DNA of 64,000 nucleotides from Octopus vulgaris (Eukaryota): the NCBI GenBank assembly GCA_951406725.2, contig OX597838.1, positions 5,270,001-5,334,000 on the forward strand. The letters are read 5' to 3'. Made by a program: the position numbers and the translations under genes. Below are positions 42,495 through 57,789 of this stretch, one piece after another. The notes under the pieces are model-generated. The model ran no database searches. It saw only the letters and a program-made list of their open reading frames with translations, and had not been told where the DNA came from. Position 1 is the first letter of the stretch, and the number at the start of each line of letters is the position of its first letter.

Positions 42495-42939
42495 TGTTGT
42501 AGTAGTAGTAGTAGTAGTAGTAGCAACAGCAGTAGTAGTAGTAATGATAACATTTTATTTCATAATCTTAACAAAGATCTGTTGGTAGCAGTAGTGATCT
42601 AGATAGAAAGTCACAGATTCTGTGCTGGTATCTGATTATCGACGATCATCTATCGGCAACATTATCTCATCACTGATCTATCAATTAATATATGTATCTA
42701 TCCATCAATGGGATGGATGTCTTTGTCCGTTATGGGCCGTCAATTGTTGTTTCTGTCAATGATCTACACATCAATATCGATCGGTACAAACACCCCCCCC
42801 CACACACACACAGTATATATATATATTGGGACACTGACACAGTAACATAGGCATACATAAACTCATACAGCCCTACATATAAATAGCTATTTATGCTTAT
42901 ATATACTTATACACACACACGCTCACACACAACCACCAT

Positions 42940-44215
42940 ATATATACACGTATAAGTTGAGAATATCATCATTAAAATGATTATATCAGTGGCTAGCGTA
43001 CAAAAAACCACCATATCTGTAAAATTAATTTATAAGTATATAATGATAAAAATATTATAATTATAGGTGCTGGAGGCCAAAGCGAATGCGCAAGAAATAG
43101 ATGTCAAATGTCTTCAACCCACTCTAATTTTGTTCTCTTCTTTTATAACTCAAGGGTTAGTGCGAGGGAATAGGCAAAAAGATTTATAAAACGTGATAAC
43201 TTTATATCTTAAGATTTCGTGCTCTGTAATAAAAATTACTTTATAGTCTTCGGTAGAAGTACACCGACAATATATAAGTGAGAAATACGTATACATACCG
43301 GTGAATTTCTGTGTACAGATACCAATATGTACATGCATTTCCCGTGTATATATTATATATAATCAACCATTTCAAGAACGTGGATAATGCTGCATAATGT
43401 ATCGGACTGAATATCGTACCGGAGCAAAATATAATAACTTGGGAAAACAAATATATATATACGTATAAATTGTGGATATAATCATTAAAATGATTACATC
43501 AGAGGCTAGCGTATAAATAAACCACCACATGATTAAAATTAAATTTTACGTATATAATATCTATATATATATATATATAAAGTTGAAGTTGTCTATGTGT
43601 GGCAGGTTTGGTAGCCTTCAACTAACACTATCTCCGGCGCAAGTTGACCAAAATTGAGAGTATCATAGAAGAAGGCTTGCTCTTCATTCCGTAGAAGGAA
43701 AAATTCAAATCGGACCATGTTAAGACCAAAAAGTATTTACATCAAAAAGGTACTTTTTTCTATGCAAATCCCTATTTTTCTTTTACGATGGTTTTACTGT
43801 TGTGTCGCTATTGTTTCGGTGTATTTCAATGTTCACTGAAAGTGAATAACAAGCCACATAATGCAAAATTCTTACTTTTCAAAAACTCCAATTATAAAGG
43901 GTCGAAACAAACCCGAGCGACACCGGGCGATACTGCTAGTTATATAAAGATGATTATAATTAAGGGCGCTGGAGGACAAACGCCAATACAATAGATGTAG
44001 ATGAAAAATGTCTTCAGGCCACTCTAAATTTGTTCACTTTTGTAAGGCAAGGCTGAATGTGAGGGAATAGACAAAAAGATTTATAAAATTTCCGATAACT
44101 TTAAATCTTAAGAAGTACACCGACGATATATAAATGAGAAATACAAATACACACCAATAAATTTGTGTACAGATACCAATATATATATGCGTGTATTTCC
44201 CAAGGATACAATATA
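42940..44215 (+). repeat. Diverged tandem duplication (unit about 510 bp)
   Basis: CATTAAAATGATTA..GGCTAGCGTA..GCTGGAGG..AAATGTCTTCA..GAGGGAATAG..AAGTACACCGAC..GTGTACAGATACCAATAT occurs twice. Confidence 0.85.
43560..43939 (+). mobile_element. Complete non-autonomous Helitron (380 bp)
   Basis: A|TC start, subterminal hairpin CCCG(AGCGACAC)CGGG, CTAG|T end, no TSD. Absent from the paralogous duplicate unit. Confidence 0.9.
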
Positions 44216-44234
44216 TCTGATCGGCCAAATCAGA

Positions 44235-44455
44235 AGCAGTTACAAAGTCCATCACCGACAAACGCCCAGGAAAAATGATAAAAGGGATATAGTTTCACTA
44301 GGATAATGTACCAGCACACAGGTCCTTAGTTTCAAAGGCTGCTGTGTGTGAATGTGGCTTTGAACAGGTTGATCATATCCCCCATTCTCTCGTTTTGTCC
44401 TCGTCTGTCGATTATGTGTTCCTCAACATGAAATACACTTGGCTGGGAACGATGC
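44235..44455 (+). mobile_element. Mariner catalytic-domain remnant
   Basis: KRPGKMIKGI*FH*DNVPAHRSLVSKAAVCECGFEQVDHIPHS..SS..YVFLNMK corresponds to HDNAPAH...HPPYSPDLAPSD. Confidence 0.85.
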
Positions 44456-45014
44456 CAATTAACACATACTATTCATAATGATTCCAAAGACATGATGATC
44501 TGTTACCATTTATGAAAATAATATCGTCATCTTATTAAATTTTATAAAAAAAAGCCTCTAGTTTATTTTCTACCTATTGATCAATAAAGAATTTATTAAG
44601 CAGCTCACTTCTTCTCGATATGTAAGCCAAATCTTACGTGACTCCGACGACGACGACAACGAGATAGAAACGTGAGGAAGAGAAGCTTAATATAATCAGC
44701 AAAATTACATTCTCAGCAGCCACTCTGAGAGTATCGTGATTTCGACACCTTCAAGTAGAATCAATTATTCTTTGGGTGTCAAAAACAATTAAAAGACTAT
44801 TTGTAATCGGAATTTATATCGTAAATTGTAAATTGCAAGTCACAAAGAATTGCAAGGAGTTACACACAAGCTTCAAATTTCAACATACATACATATGCAC
44901 ACAGTTACACATACGCAACCAGACACGCACATATATATATATATATATATATATAAATATATATATGTATATATATATATATGTATATATATATAGAGAG
45001 AGAGGAGAGAGAGA

Positions 45015-45215
45015 GAGATGTACTTGCATAGCAAGTGATTTGATCTGAGATCGTGTGTTGAAACGAAAATAATTGCAGCGTGGAAGGTGTTTGTAAGCCA
45101 TTTAAGAAACACACAAAAGCCGTTCGATTCACTTCAACATTTAAGTTTAATTTGTCAAAATATTTTCGTCGCTTTAAGACCGCGAACTTTTCACTGACAA
45201 AAATCCGTGCTGCAT
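45015..45215 (-). mobile_element. Second short Penelope-type element with hammerhead-like scaffold (45151-45201)
   Basis: Homologous to 51795-51940. Minus strand TTTGTCA-GTGAAAAG-TTCGC(loop)GCGAC-GAAA-ATAT-TT-TGACAAA. Confidence 0.55.
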
Positions 45216-45218
45216 TAC

Positions 45219-45281
<63 letters not shown>

Positions 45282-46240
45282 GAATATATGTATGTATATA
45301 TTATATGTTATATATACATACGATATATATATATATTCAATATATGTATGCATATATTATATGTTATATATCCATAAGACAGCGGGCTGGCATGCCCTCT
45401 TACGGTTTAGGAAATTATCGTTATTTTAAACCGGCTTAGCGTTCTAATTCCGAATTTCGCAGAGTTCGATGTTACATTTTCATCGTTTAGGGATCGATAA
45501 AATAAATATCAGATGATCACTCCAGTCGATATAAACAAGACCTCTACCGGAAAATTTCAAGTAACCTGCCTAAAGTAGAAACAGTTATGTATGAATCCAT
45601 AATATAATGTGTCTATACACAAATTTCATATTTTACATACAAAATATATACACCCTATAAATAAAGTATACATATTTCCAGGTTTCTATACCCACATATA
45701 TATATATATACAAAATTTAGAGGAATGACCACTAAAGTGGACACCCTTTATGATAAATATAGACGTCAAATCGGCATTACCACGACGAAAGTTTTGTATA
45801 TATCACACTTTTTAATCTTCGTATTTTTTATATATGCTAAGCCACTGGTTTTAATTGATTAATATCAATTTCTACAATTATTATGTAATTATATATATAT
45901 ATATATATATATGTTTATATATATGTATATATATTTAAAATTATAAGTATATGAAAGAATGGAGTTGAACGACTAGTCTCCTTTCCCTACAGTAAACATA
46001 ATCAAACACACAGATACAGACCTTTCAACACACAGCTGTCAGTTTTCTGACCTCTACCCATCCACAAACACAATCACGCATTCAGACCTTTAAAATAAAC
46101 ATGCAAATTTCCGCACGAAGACACGTAGTCTATGCCCTAGCGACGTAGCTTCAACCGTGTTCTTTCTGATGTGAATTTGCTACCAAGGTATCGGTTATCT
46201 TTCGAATTATCCTTAATAAGATAATTCATTCAATTACTCA

Positions 46241-46296
<56 letters not shown>

Positions 46297-46856
46297 TATG
46301 AAAAAAAGAAAGCTCGTGTGGTATTACTCTGTTGGTATATTCGTAGATTACATCATGACATAAATCCATTACCTTCAGGTGAATCTTAAACTGGTATCAA
46401 TAGGTGAGATAAGACTTTGATGACGACGAGATTACGAATACAACGATACATTTGAAAAAAGATATCTTAAAATATGACACTGAAATTTATAGACGAATTA
46501 AGAGTAAAACCGGTATGCGAAAAGCAAATGCATTAAACATTTCGCTTAATTAGTTTGTAGACATATCCATATAAATATGCATATACCAATGTTTATAGTT
46601 GCATATATGTAAAGACGAAGGTAGAGGCATAGAGAATTAGCATCGGTGGTGTGTTTCCTACGTTCGTTGAGTTATGTAAGTAGGAAAACATATCCGGGTA
46701 GAGCAGGAATTATTGATTTGTCTAATGAGATAATTCGTCAGATCAGCCATCCTCGTCTGAAGTAAGAGAAATGACGAATATTTAATTATGTGTATATGGT
46801 TATCCTTTCTTTCCATTAGTCAATATAAATACCTGTATACAAAAACACATACACAT

Positions 46857-46902
<46 letters not shown>

Positions 46903-46904
46903 AC

Positions 46905-46941
<37 letters not shown>

Positions 46942-47122
46942 TACGTATATGTATATATATATAGAGAGAGATAGAGGGAGAGAAAAGTGAGAGAGCGAGA
47001 GAAATGAGACAGACAGAACAGACAAATAGACAGATAAATAAATAAATAAATGCACAAGTTTGTTTAGACAAATATAATTATGAGTGTCTTCATGTTTATA
47101 CATATATATTTATGTGTGTACG

Positions 47123-47158
<36 letters not shown>

Positions 47159-47232
47159 GTGTTTGTATTGACATATGGATACACGTATACGCACATATAA
47201 AGATGTACACTCTCATATATATTATATTTATT

Positions 47233-47282
<50 letters not shown>

Positions 47283-47855
47283 AACGTACAAATCGATATA
47301 TTGATAGAGCCATAATATATTTGAAGACATTCACATATACACTTTCAAGCACAGTTTCAATGCCTTGCTTGGTATTCGCTCATATACACCTCTTCATATA
47401 TGTCTCTATACCAAGATATATGCATGAAAAAAAAAGGTAAGAAGTAAAGATGTCGATCACACATTTAACTCTTAAGTGTAATATATTGGGTAATAAATCT
47501 TCTTCAGCCATTTCCTACTCATAGCGACTTCGTATGGCATAAATTCTCTCTGATCGTATCTGTCAATTAATTGCATAGATCGATATTTTTTACAGATCCT
47601 TCTGTGTCTTTTTTTCCGTTTCTCCCTGACGGTCTGACTGCCTTTTTTGTCTGATTCACTCACTCGCTTACTCACTCACTCACTCACTCACTCACTCACT
47701 CACTCACTCACTCACTCACTCTCTCACTCTCTCACTTTTTCTATCTATCTATCTGTCTGCCTGTCAGTCTCTGTATCACTGTGTCTCTCAGACATTCTGC
47801 CTCTGTCAGTCGCTGCATCAGATTTTCTCCTCTCCCTATATTTTCACGTAAACAC

Positions 47856-47930
<75 letters not shown>

Positions 47931-48208
47931 CATACATGCATACATATATATATGTATATATATAAATGTACATATATGTGTATATATGTATGTATATGTA
48001 TGTTTATACGCATACAGATATATATATATTTATATGCATATTTATATATATATATATCAATATATATATATATGTATTTGTATACGTATATATGCATGCA
48101 TATACATATATATATATACACATATATATATACACACATATATATATACACATATATATATATACACATATGCATACACACATGTATATATATATGCATA
48201 TATGTACG

Positions 48209-48249
<41 letters not shown>

Positions 48250-49254
48250 ATACACGTATCTATCTATCAATCTGTCTGTATGTCTATATGTATGTATGGA
48301 TAAATGTAATACATCAGTCTGTGTCTCAGCTTATAAAATACAGTGTCTGCTGAAAAACTCATCAAATCCGGTTTTAAATTATATTCTTTATAATTCACAT
48401 GAGCGCATCTGTGCAGGACAGTTTTAAAATATTTACCCCTATGACTATGTAATATGGAAATCGTTATCTTCAATCAAGAAAGAATTTTAAATCTGTCCTG
48501 TAACAGGCGACAATTTTGTCTATAGTGCGGTACTGCTGCCACTGTGGCAACCTCTACGTAGTCTCTCTGCTTGATAGAAACAACCACAAATACCATCTAA
48601 ATTTCATCCGCCTGTCTCAAACGAAGATTAGCACATTGGTCAGTGGATACGTTCAAGTCAAATAATGACAGTCTTGTGGGGACAATATACAAGGACAATT
48701 TCTCTGCACTTGTAGATGAAATATGAAGTCAAATGTTAATCCTTATTCAAACAGTCGTTGCTAAAGCAGAAATATTTGGCTGACGAATATAACAATATTT
48801 CTCAACGACCCAAATGTAACAAACGCTTCAATGGCAATATGCTTGAAGATAGTTATTCTGTTCCGGATGAGATCCCTTTGCAATTAAAAAGCGAGTTTGT
48901 TACCCATATGAATCTAATTTCCAAACCAATCTTTGAATCGAAACTGCTTGTATATTTGTTAAACAATTTGAGTGACCATACACTTGTGTGAGTTGAGAAA
49001 TCCAGATATATTTAGTTGTGTCATAGACACAAGCTCTACTTCGGATATCTGCGCCCAAATACTTACCTCAATATCTTATGATCAGTGTCAGAGAGAAAGC
49101 CATTTTTGAGAAAGATACCCAAAATATAAAGTTGAATAGAATCTTTTGATTTAGAGCTGACAAGTTTTGCAGAACCATGAAAATTTGAAAATTATGTATT
49201 AAAAATTATTAAGAATATTAAATTCCTAAAAGCCCATAATCAAGCTTCTTGGCA

Positions 49255-49745
49255 CACATCTGGGGATTGTGGTGGTCAGATAAGATGTCCCACTTCATTA
49301 GAATGTTCCTTGTACCATTCAGCAACAACTTTATGTCTGTGAATTGGTGCATTAGCTTCTTGAAAGATTACGTTTTCCTCCGGAAACAATTCTTCAAACA
49401 GGCGATGAATTTGATCAGATAAAATGCTTAAATATTCTTCACTATTAATTCTGACATGAAGGGAAACCATTGGGCTGGCGGATTTCCAAAATATAGCTCT
49501 CCACCCCGCCCCAGATCATCACAGATCCTCCTCTATTTTTAACAGTTGGAAGAAGGCTGACTAGATCAAATGCTTCCTTTGGTTATCTCCACTCGTATAC
49601 TTGGCCGGTGGTCGGGAATAAGGTAGAGGATGACTCGTCCGAGGAATTAATATTCTTCGACTGCTCTAGGGACCAATTCTGTAGGTTTTACTCTCCTCTA
49701 AACGCCTTGTAACGTTTGTTTTTGCGAGTTGCGGTTGTCTGATTG
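49255..49745 (-). mobile_element. Tc1-type DDE transposase pseudogene fragment
   Basis: ..SDESS..VYEWR*PKEAFD..LLPTVKNRGGSVMIWG..INSEEYLSILSD..IFQEANAPIH..EW..*PPQSPD. Confidence 0.9.
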
Positions 49746-50092
49746 TAATATATATTTTCATATATTGTTTTCGTCGGACGTTCGAAGATTTTCCCCTGTA
49801 TAATGGTGTTCTGCTTTACCTAATTTGTGTTTAAATCGCAGTGTACGAATTCCTCTATACGGATTAGTTCACACGACGTGTATCCAAATGACTGAACAAG
49901 GTAGGATCTTACATTTACACACACGCACAATACGAAAACATTGTTCCAGAAGATTCTTTTCTCTGACACCTTTCTACAATAGTGCACCATATCTAGGAAA
50001 ATATTTCAAATATTGTGCGTGAATCAAGTATTTCTAGATCTTCCACCCCTCCACTCTCTCACCCTCTATCTCCCTCCCACATTCTCTTTCTC

Positions 50093-50145
<53 letters not shown>

Positions 50146-50541
50146 ATGTATATATATATATATATGTATATGTATATATATATATACAGATTGTATCGAT
50201 ATATATATATATATATGTATTTATATATATATATATATACAGATACATTTGTATATGTATCGATATATGTGTGCGTGCATATGCATGTGATAGTGTGTGT
50301 GTGTAATGGTGGGCTTCCCGCTTAAACACGCATATCCACATATACCTATCGTTTTCCTTTACTTTACACATGCGCACTTGTATACGCTTGAATATGTATA
50401 AATGTGTGTTTGAGAGTATACCTATAAATAATAATCTATATACATTAATGCAAATAGATAACAAATATGAATAAATATGAGTGTATGCATATGTGTATAT
50501 ATGTATATATATGTATATATACATATATATGCATATATAGG

Positions 50542-50573
<32 letters not shown>

Positions 50574-50655
50574 TATGTATATATATATATGTACATTAAT
50601 GCAAATCGATAAAAGATATAGATGAGTATGTGTGTATGTATATATATATATATGC

Positions 50656-50694
<39 letters not shown>

Positions 50695-50909
50695 CATACA
50701 TGTATATATTTGTCTTTACACATTATTTCTCTGAATAATATGTGTTCCCTCCTAACTGATCATAAATAAATCAACCCCAAAAGGTCAAACAACTTTGGCG
50801 ATTGTCATAAATTTCAAATTAAATCGGAACTTCTCATGTGGGTATTACACTTCTTCGATATTAAATATCACTCAGGTGAACCGGAATAGTTATGTGAGAC
50901 TCAAACGTG

Positions 50910-50910
50910 T

Positions 50911-50986
<76 letters not shown>

Positions 50987-51148
50987 ATAGTAGTAGTCGT
51001 CGTCATCTTCGTCGTCGTAGTAGTAGTAGTGGTAGTAATAGTCGTCATCGTCGTTGTAGTGGTTTTAGTAGTAGTAGTCGTCATCGTCGTCATCGTCATC
51101 GTCGTAATAGTAGTAATAGTCGCCATCGTCGTTGTAGTGGTTGTAGTT

Positions 51149-51184
<36 letters not shown>

Positions 51185-51194
51185 ATAGTAGTAA

Positions 51195-51230
<36 letters not shown>

Positions 51231-51250
51231 CAGTAGTAGTAGTAGTAGTG
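50910..51250. repeat. (GCA)n/(GTA)n/(GTC)n compound microsatellite
   Basis: Direct reading. Confidence 0.95.
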
Positions 51251-51852
51251 ACGATGGTAACTTTGAGTACGAAAATCGAAATCGTATCAGTATTTTTATA
51301 CATAACTGGTTGTTACATTATCGTGGGAACTTTAATAATAGCAACAGCAACTATACGAATAATGTTATTAGTACTAGTTTAGTATCAACAACAGATATCG
51401 TATAGTTGTAGTCTTAGTTTATGTAGTAATATTTCTAGTCGTTGTTTCTAGAAGCAGGTTTAAAACAGAGAAAAAAATGTCGTTCATTGAAATAGTCTTT
51501 ATTCATATGTTGCATTTTGATAGAATGCAAACCATAACTTATCTATTCATATTTAAAAGGTCCTGACGAATTAGAATATTGCTTCGTCATTGTTGTTTTT
51601 CTTCATCGGAGAATACTTGCTCCTTTCGGACGATGTGCGTTTATAACACGTGATTCAGAGGTGTAAGTGAACTTTCAGACTCCGCGGGATTTCTTACTTG
51701 TGTGTTTCCTAAGACAGAGTCACCTACCCCGCAGGAACGATTTATCTGGCAACAGTACAAGCTTTCGTTTATTTAAAATAAAGAGCACATTACGGAGATG
51801 TACTTGCATAGCAAGTGACCTGGTCTGAGATGTTGTAGTGGAACGAAAACAA

Positions 51853-52011
51853 TTGCAGTGTGGAAGGTGTTTACAAGCCATTTAAAACACACAAAAACCG
51901 TTGGATTCACTTCAAAATTTAAATTTAATTTGCCAAAATATTTAAATGTTGAAGTGAATCTAACGGTTTTTGTGTGTTTTAAATGGCTTATAAACACCTT
52001 CCACACTGCAA
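51853..52011. repeat. Fold-back hairpin (72-bp arms, 3 mismatches, 15-nt loop) in a Penelope-type element
   Basis: Arms 51853-51924 and 51940-52011 are reverse complements. Confidence 0.95.
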
Positions 52012-52565
52012 GGACTACATTTTTCCCTGATAAGTACTGATGTCTACCAGGCAGTTATTAATTCAGGAAATGTATGTAGCACACAGATTATCCCAAAAAT
52101 ATGGCGTCTATTCCCTCTTAGTATCATTTTGCAAATATGAAATACGCCCCCCATCAAATGGACGAAGCTGAGTTGTCAAATATTTAAACCAAATTTACTC
52201 AAAACAACTTGTCCGACCGTCACATAGGCCTCCTCTTTGCGAAATACTGATTTAACCTAAATTTGAGACACCAGCAAAAGAAGAAATAAAGATAGGCTTT
52301 TTTACTATTCCAAAGAACAACGATTTTATTTACACAAATATGCAACCGAAGAGTTTAAAGTACCAGTAATGATGAGGCTGTGGACTGGGAGAGCACAAAC
52401 ATGGTTTAAACAGTAAGCTTGGCAGGTTCCCATGGATTGTGATTCGAAGATTTTCCATCAGAGATGTATTCACATCTGCGATGTCTTTCTCAATTCTGTC
52501 GAAAAAGAGAAATGGAAAATCCCAAAGGAGAAAGAAAATCGCTAACTGTCCAGGTGTCCTTAAAG

Positions 52566-52636
<71 letters not shown>

Positions 52637-52897
52637 TGTGTGGGTGTGTGTATGTATGTATATATATATATATAAAGTAACATTCTGAGGTAAAGAAATC
52701 CTTCAAAGGGTTGTGTTGAACATCCAATTCACTGGTACCGCGAATATGTATATCAGAAAAAATATATATAAGTGGAAACAATGTGTTAGCCATTTTACGA
52801 TTTTGATCATCATTTATATAATATTATGTTACGTTATACATTATATTCATAGTATTTAATGTAATATTGTAATATAAATAAATATCTTGATTTTGAA

Positions 52898-52976
<79 letters not shown>

Positions 52977-53278
52977 ACCGAGGTTACCGTGGTCTTTTCC
53001 GTAGGCTTTTCTTTGCACGGGTAAACCTCACCTGTCCTCCCCTTTACACTTCATATTGACATTTCTGTGATAACGATCCCTATTGATCAATTTTTTTCCT
53101 CCCCCCTTTTTTTTAAACCCCCCTTTTTTTTCCTCTTTCTCTCCTTTTACGATCCCTTTTGATCGAAACTCCCCCTTCCTTTTTTTTTTTTTTTTTTTTT
53201 CTTAAACCTTCAAAAGAAAAGCTCTACCTTGTAATTTGTTCTATCTGTGTGCAGCCCTGTGTGGCTAATAAAGAAACA
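52977..53278 (+). mobile_element. LINE 3' UTR fragment in (ATCT)n, second copy
   Basis: Homologous to 10135-10533. Confidence 0.7.
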
Positions 53279-53308
53279 TATCTATCTATCTATCTATATA
53301 TCTATCTA

Positions 53309-53402
<94 letters not shown>

Positions 53403-53652
53403 TGATAATAATAATAATGAAGGTGGTTAGATGCAATTCATAGCCGAAAAGGAAATAATTCACCTTTACTAAATCACTAAAATGTGACAAAGGGTGCAAA
53501 TAGCGCACCGGCGAAATAAGATTCAATGAATTCTTTAGCCACAAAAGTACATTTTGTCTTTACTGACGGGGGAGACAACATTCTCACCACAATTGTTTGG
53601 CATTAGATTGACATGCCAATAATTATGTGTGGGTGTGCGTGCGTGCGCGCGC

Positions 53653-53699
<47 letters not shown>

Positions 53700-54845
53700 C
53701 TAAATCTACTCACAAAGCTTTGGTCGGCTAAATGCCCTGCAGTAGCATGTTGATGTGAAGCAAACTTCCAACCACGCAGCCAGAATGAATTCGATTTCTA
53801 CTGCTTCAGTTGAGACAGATATTGTAATACTTAAATACCACATATTTCTGCGAGCCGCTCTTTAGAAAGTGGTTACACACCAAACGTTACACATTGGCGT
53901 CCACACATACAAGGAAGCGTACGTAAGACTGAAACACGTGACGTTACGTCTAGTGCAGCAAATTTAAACAAGAGAAAAGACATTATACTGACAATTATTT
54001 TCAACGCCGTGAAGAAAATTGAAAACAATATTACTAACAACAATGATAAAAATTTCTACATTATTCTGGCCAGATTCATTTTCTTAGACATATTGCCAAA
54101 GTCTGTGGTAATTTTTTTTTTTCTACGCAATAATTATGTCAATCATAATCATGCGAAGTCCAGAAGACAGAGAGAGGTAAAGTACAAGAAAGAGAGAGAG
54201 GAAAGTTAAGAATAAGAAACGAAGAGAGAAGTGAAAGACTTAGAAAGGAAGCAGATGACTATATGCCGAATTACTGAATGGGCATACAAAAATAAAATAC
54301 CACCATATTTTGCCAACAGCTTATATAAAGATTCGCTGCATATCATTTAATTATCTTTATATGCACACAAACATTCATACAAACAAACGCACACATACAC
54401 ACACACGTACACACACACACATACACACACATACACACACATATATATATATATATATATAATATCATGTGGGTGTGAGTACGTATTTACATAAGTGTGT
54501 GTGTGCATTTAAAACATCTTTCTCTATCTCTCTCTATATATAGACACACACGCATATATGTGTTTCTATACATACGTACATACATTCATAGACACAAACA
54601 CACGCACACACACACACATATTTATATATATATACATACATATATATATATATATACATATATATATACACATATATACATGCATATATATATATAAAAA
54701 TATATATATGCCTTTCTTTCTTTACCTATATATATATATATATAAGTGTGTGTGTATATAGGTATATAACTATATGTATATGTATATGTATATATATACA
54801 TATACACGCACATATGTATATGTATACGTATATATAAATATACAT

Positions 54846-54890
<45 letters not shown>

Positions 54891-55194
54891 CATGTGTGTG
54901 TGTGTGTATGTATGTTAGTTAGATGGATAAATTGATAGATAGGTATATAGATACATGTATGCATACATAGATACCTGCATACATATATACATACAATTTT
55001 TGACATTGTTTGGCACTGATATTATTGTCAGTTCTGTCAAGACAATTCTAGGAGAATTTTATTATCGTGTTCCTTTTTCTTGTAGAATTTTTACATATAA
55101 ATTTAATTTCTGTTTTGTTTTTTCATATCGTTCATCTATATTACTTTTGTCTAACGAGATTTCCACCACAACCACTATGACTACCAGTGCGGTC

Positions 55195-55445
<251 letters not shown>

Positions 55446-57789
55446 ACGGTCTTCACTCAATTTCTATCTACTGAATCTACTCTCAAGTCTTTGGTCGCAG
55501 CTATCTCTTATACGAGACTAATATTTTTACTTTTGCAATGATAAACATTAATGAAAAACATTAACTTGACATGTTTTCAAATTTCTCGTCTACATTGCAT
55601 TCTTCGGAAATATCCTATTTTCTTATTGTTGTTGTTATTGCTTAGGGAAACACAGCTTTGTTCGAATGCGCCTATGATCAAATGCATTCTAGCAGTTACA
55701 ACCTTGTTATTTTTTCAGACATATCTCCAGTTATCGGTTCAAACATCGCTTCTAACATGTTTCATTGTGGATTAAAATTTAGGGGATATTTCGCTAGTAT
55801 TTCCAGCAGGTCACATCAAAGCGTATAAGTTCTTGGTTCCTCCAGCTCTACTTAAACAAATTATTCCTCACGGTTCTACATTTTAAGTGTATTTTAAAGG
55901 GGCAGCCTAATCACATCTTATGTCATTCTGCATCTTCCTGGCAACTAAGATACGCGTGTCTGTGGAGTGTTCAGCCATTTGCACGTTAATTTCACGAGCA
56001 GGAATTTTCGTAGTTCGGATTGTCTGGGAAACTCATCGTCGGAACCGATGGTGTACCATTTTATTCTATACTAAAAAATGCACTATTTTGCTTATTTCCC
56101 TGCAGATTTCCCTCTACAAATCTTCCACACAAAAGTCCCCACATAAAACAATTAAAATATCAAAACTGAACCGTTTTAGATTGTATATATGATATTAGTA
56201 GCAATTATAGCATAAAGAAAATTTCTATTTTTAAGTACGACAACCAAATAATTTTACTGTATTTAAAAATAATACTTAACTTATTATTTTCTAATAAAAA
56301 AGTTCCCCCTTTTAATTGAACGTTGGTACTCATAAAAAAGCCTTTATTTGATGGTGCACGCATAAGGTTTCCTTCGCTGAAGAGAAGAGTATATTTCCAA
56401 ATGTTCTTGGAATATCTCACCATTTACCCATATGGAAAACTTGATTTGTTTTGCCTATGTTTGCTTAGACGTCCACTGTGCACTATTTGTTTGTACAAAA
56501 TATGTAATTCAATAAGCAAACACAATACTATCCGGTAACAGTTAAGACAGATTGATAAGTTTTTACTCATCTACTCAACTCTCTCAAATATACAGGAAAA
56601 TGTATGATAAGATTCACATAGTATTCTATTCCACATCTATATTCGATTATTTCTACTTCACACCAACTCTAAAAGCAAGACTAGAAAATCATACATGTAT
56701 AGTAACAAATAGACTGAAATAACATTTATCTGGAACCGGCTTTGGAGTACACCAAGTTGGCTATTTTAAGAAAATATTCAATTCTAAATATATATCAGAC
56801 ACAGCGAAACAAAATGAATAAAAGAAATATAAGTAAAAATATGAACACAGAAAAACAATAAGCTCCCGTAAACTATAAACAACAGAAATTATTTTAAAAA
56901 TATGTTAAATCTATAAACACTGGGAATATCAATGACGAATATAGACATAATGGAAGCCAAACAAACAAACAATATAAAACGAAAATAATAAAAATCGAAT
57001 TCCCGGCATTCTTATGAATATTCAAAATATCAAACGTCCAAAACTCAAATCAGAAATAAACCAATGAAAATATTACACTGTTGGATATGCAGAAGATCTA
57101 AGTTAGAAAAGAAACAACAAACAACAAACTGTAGCGATGGACTTTTTGAATATCACAATAATCTAAGCATCGAATTATTTAAAGGTTAAAATAATTTTAA
57201 AGAATTAAAATCGATGGAGTATCTTCGTGAGGCTTAAAGAAATACATTCATAAATCAATAAAAAAAATCTCAATGAATATTATCAGGAAAAACATTAAAA
57301 TAAGCGCACACTAAGCATTCATAGATTTTGGATTAACATAAATAAAACCGAAGACAAATATCGTTGTTTATAGAAAAGATCTAAACAAGTTTATTTACAA
57401 ATAAAATACATGTGTTCTTAATGCTTTTTATACAACAATATCGAAGCGAACCATTGTCATACTTTTAACATCGATACTCATTGAACAAAATCAATAAACT
57501 TGGATGATCCTATCTGAAAAATATTTAAATAAAACCCGTTTTCTCCTCAGTGGATACAAAAATAAAGGAAATATATAAAAAAAATAATGATACATCCTCA
57601 ACACTTGCTAATTCATTTGATATAATACTTTTCGTATTTTTGTTTGAGGTAAATATTTATGGCTTAATGCGTTACATCTGAATATTTTACATTCTTTTAA
57701 ATAGTTCAAATGTAATAGATTTTACCTTCGTGACCCTTTTGAAATTATACAGCGACTTATCGTCCGGGAAAGGCTCATGCAAAATAATT

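Noticed and set aside
48758-48991. 77-aa ORF with weak RT-like 'FL..NG..VP' resemblance
   Set aside because: Too weak to call either a gene or a LINE
49059-49068. ATACTTACCT, resembling the U1 snRNA 5' end
   Set aside because: The following sequence does not match U1. It is better read as a minus-strand splice donor or chance match.
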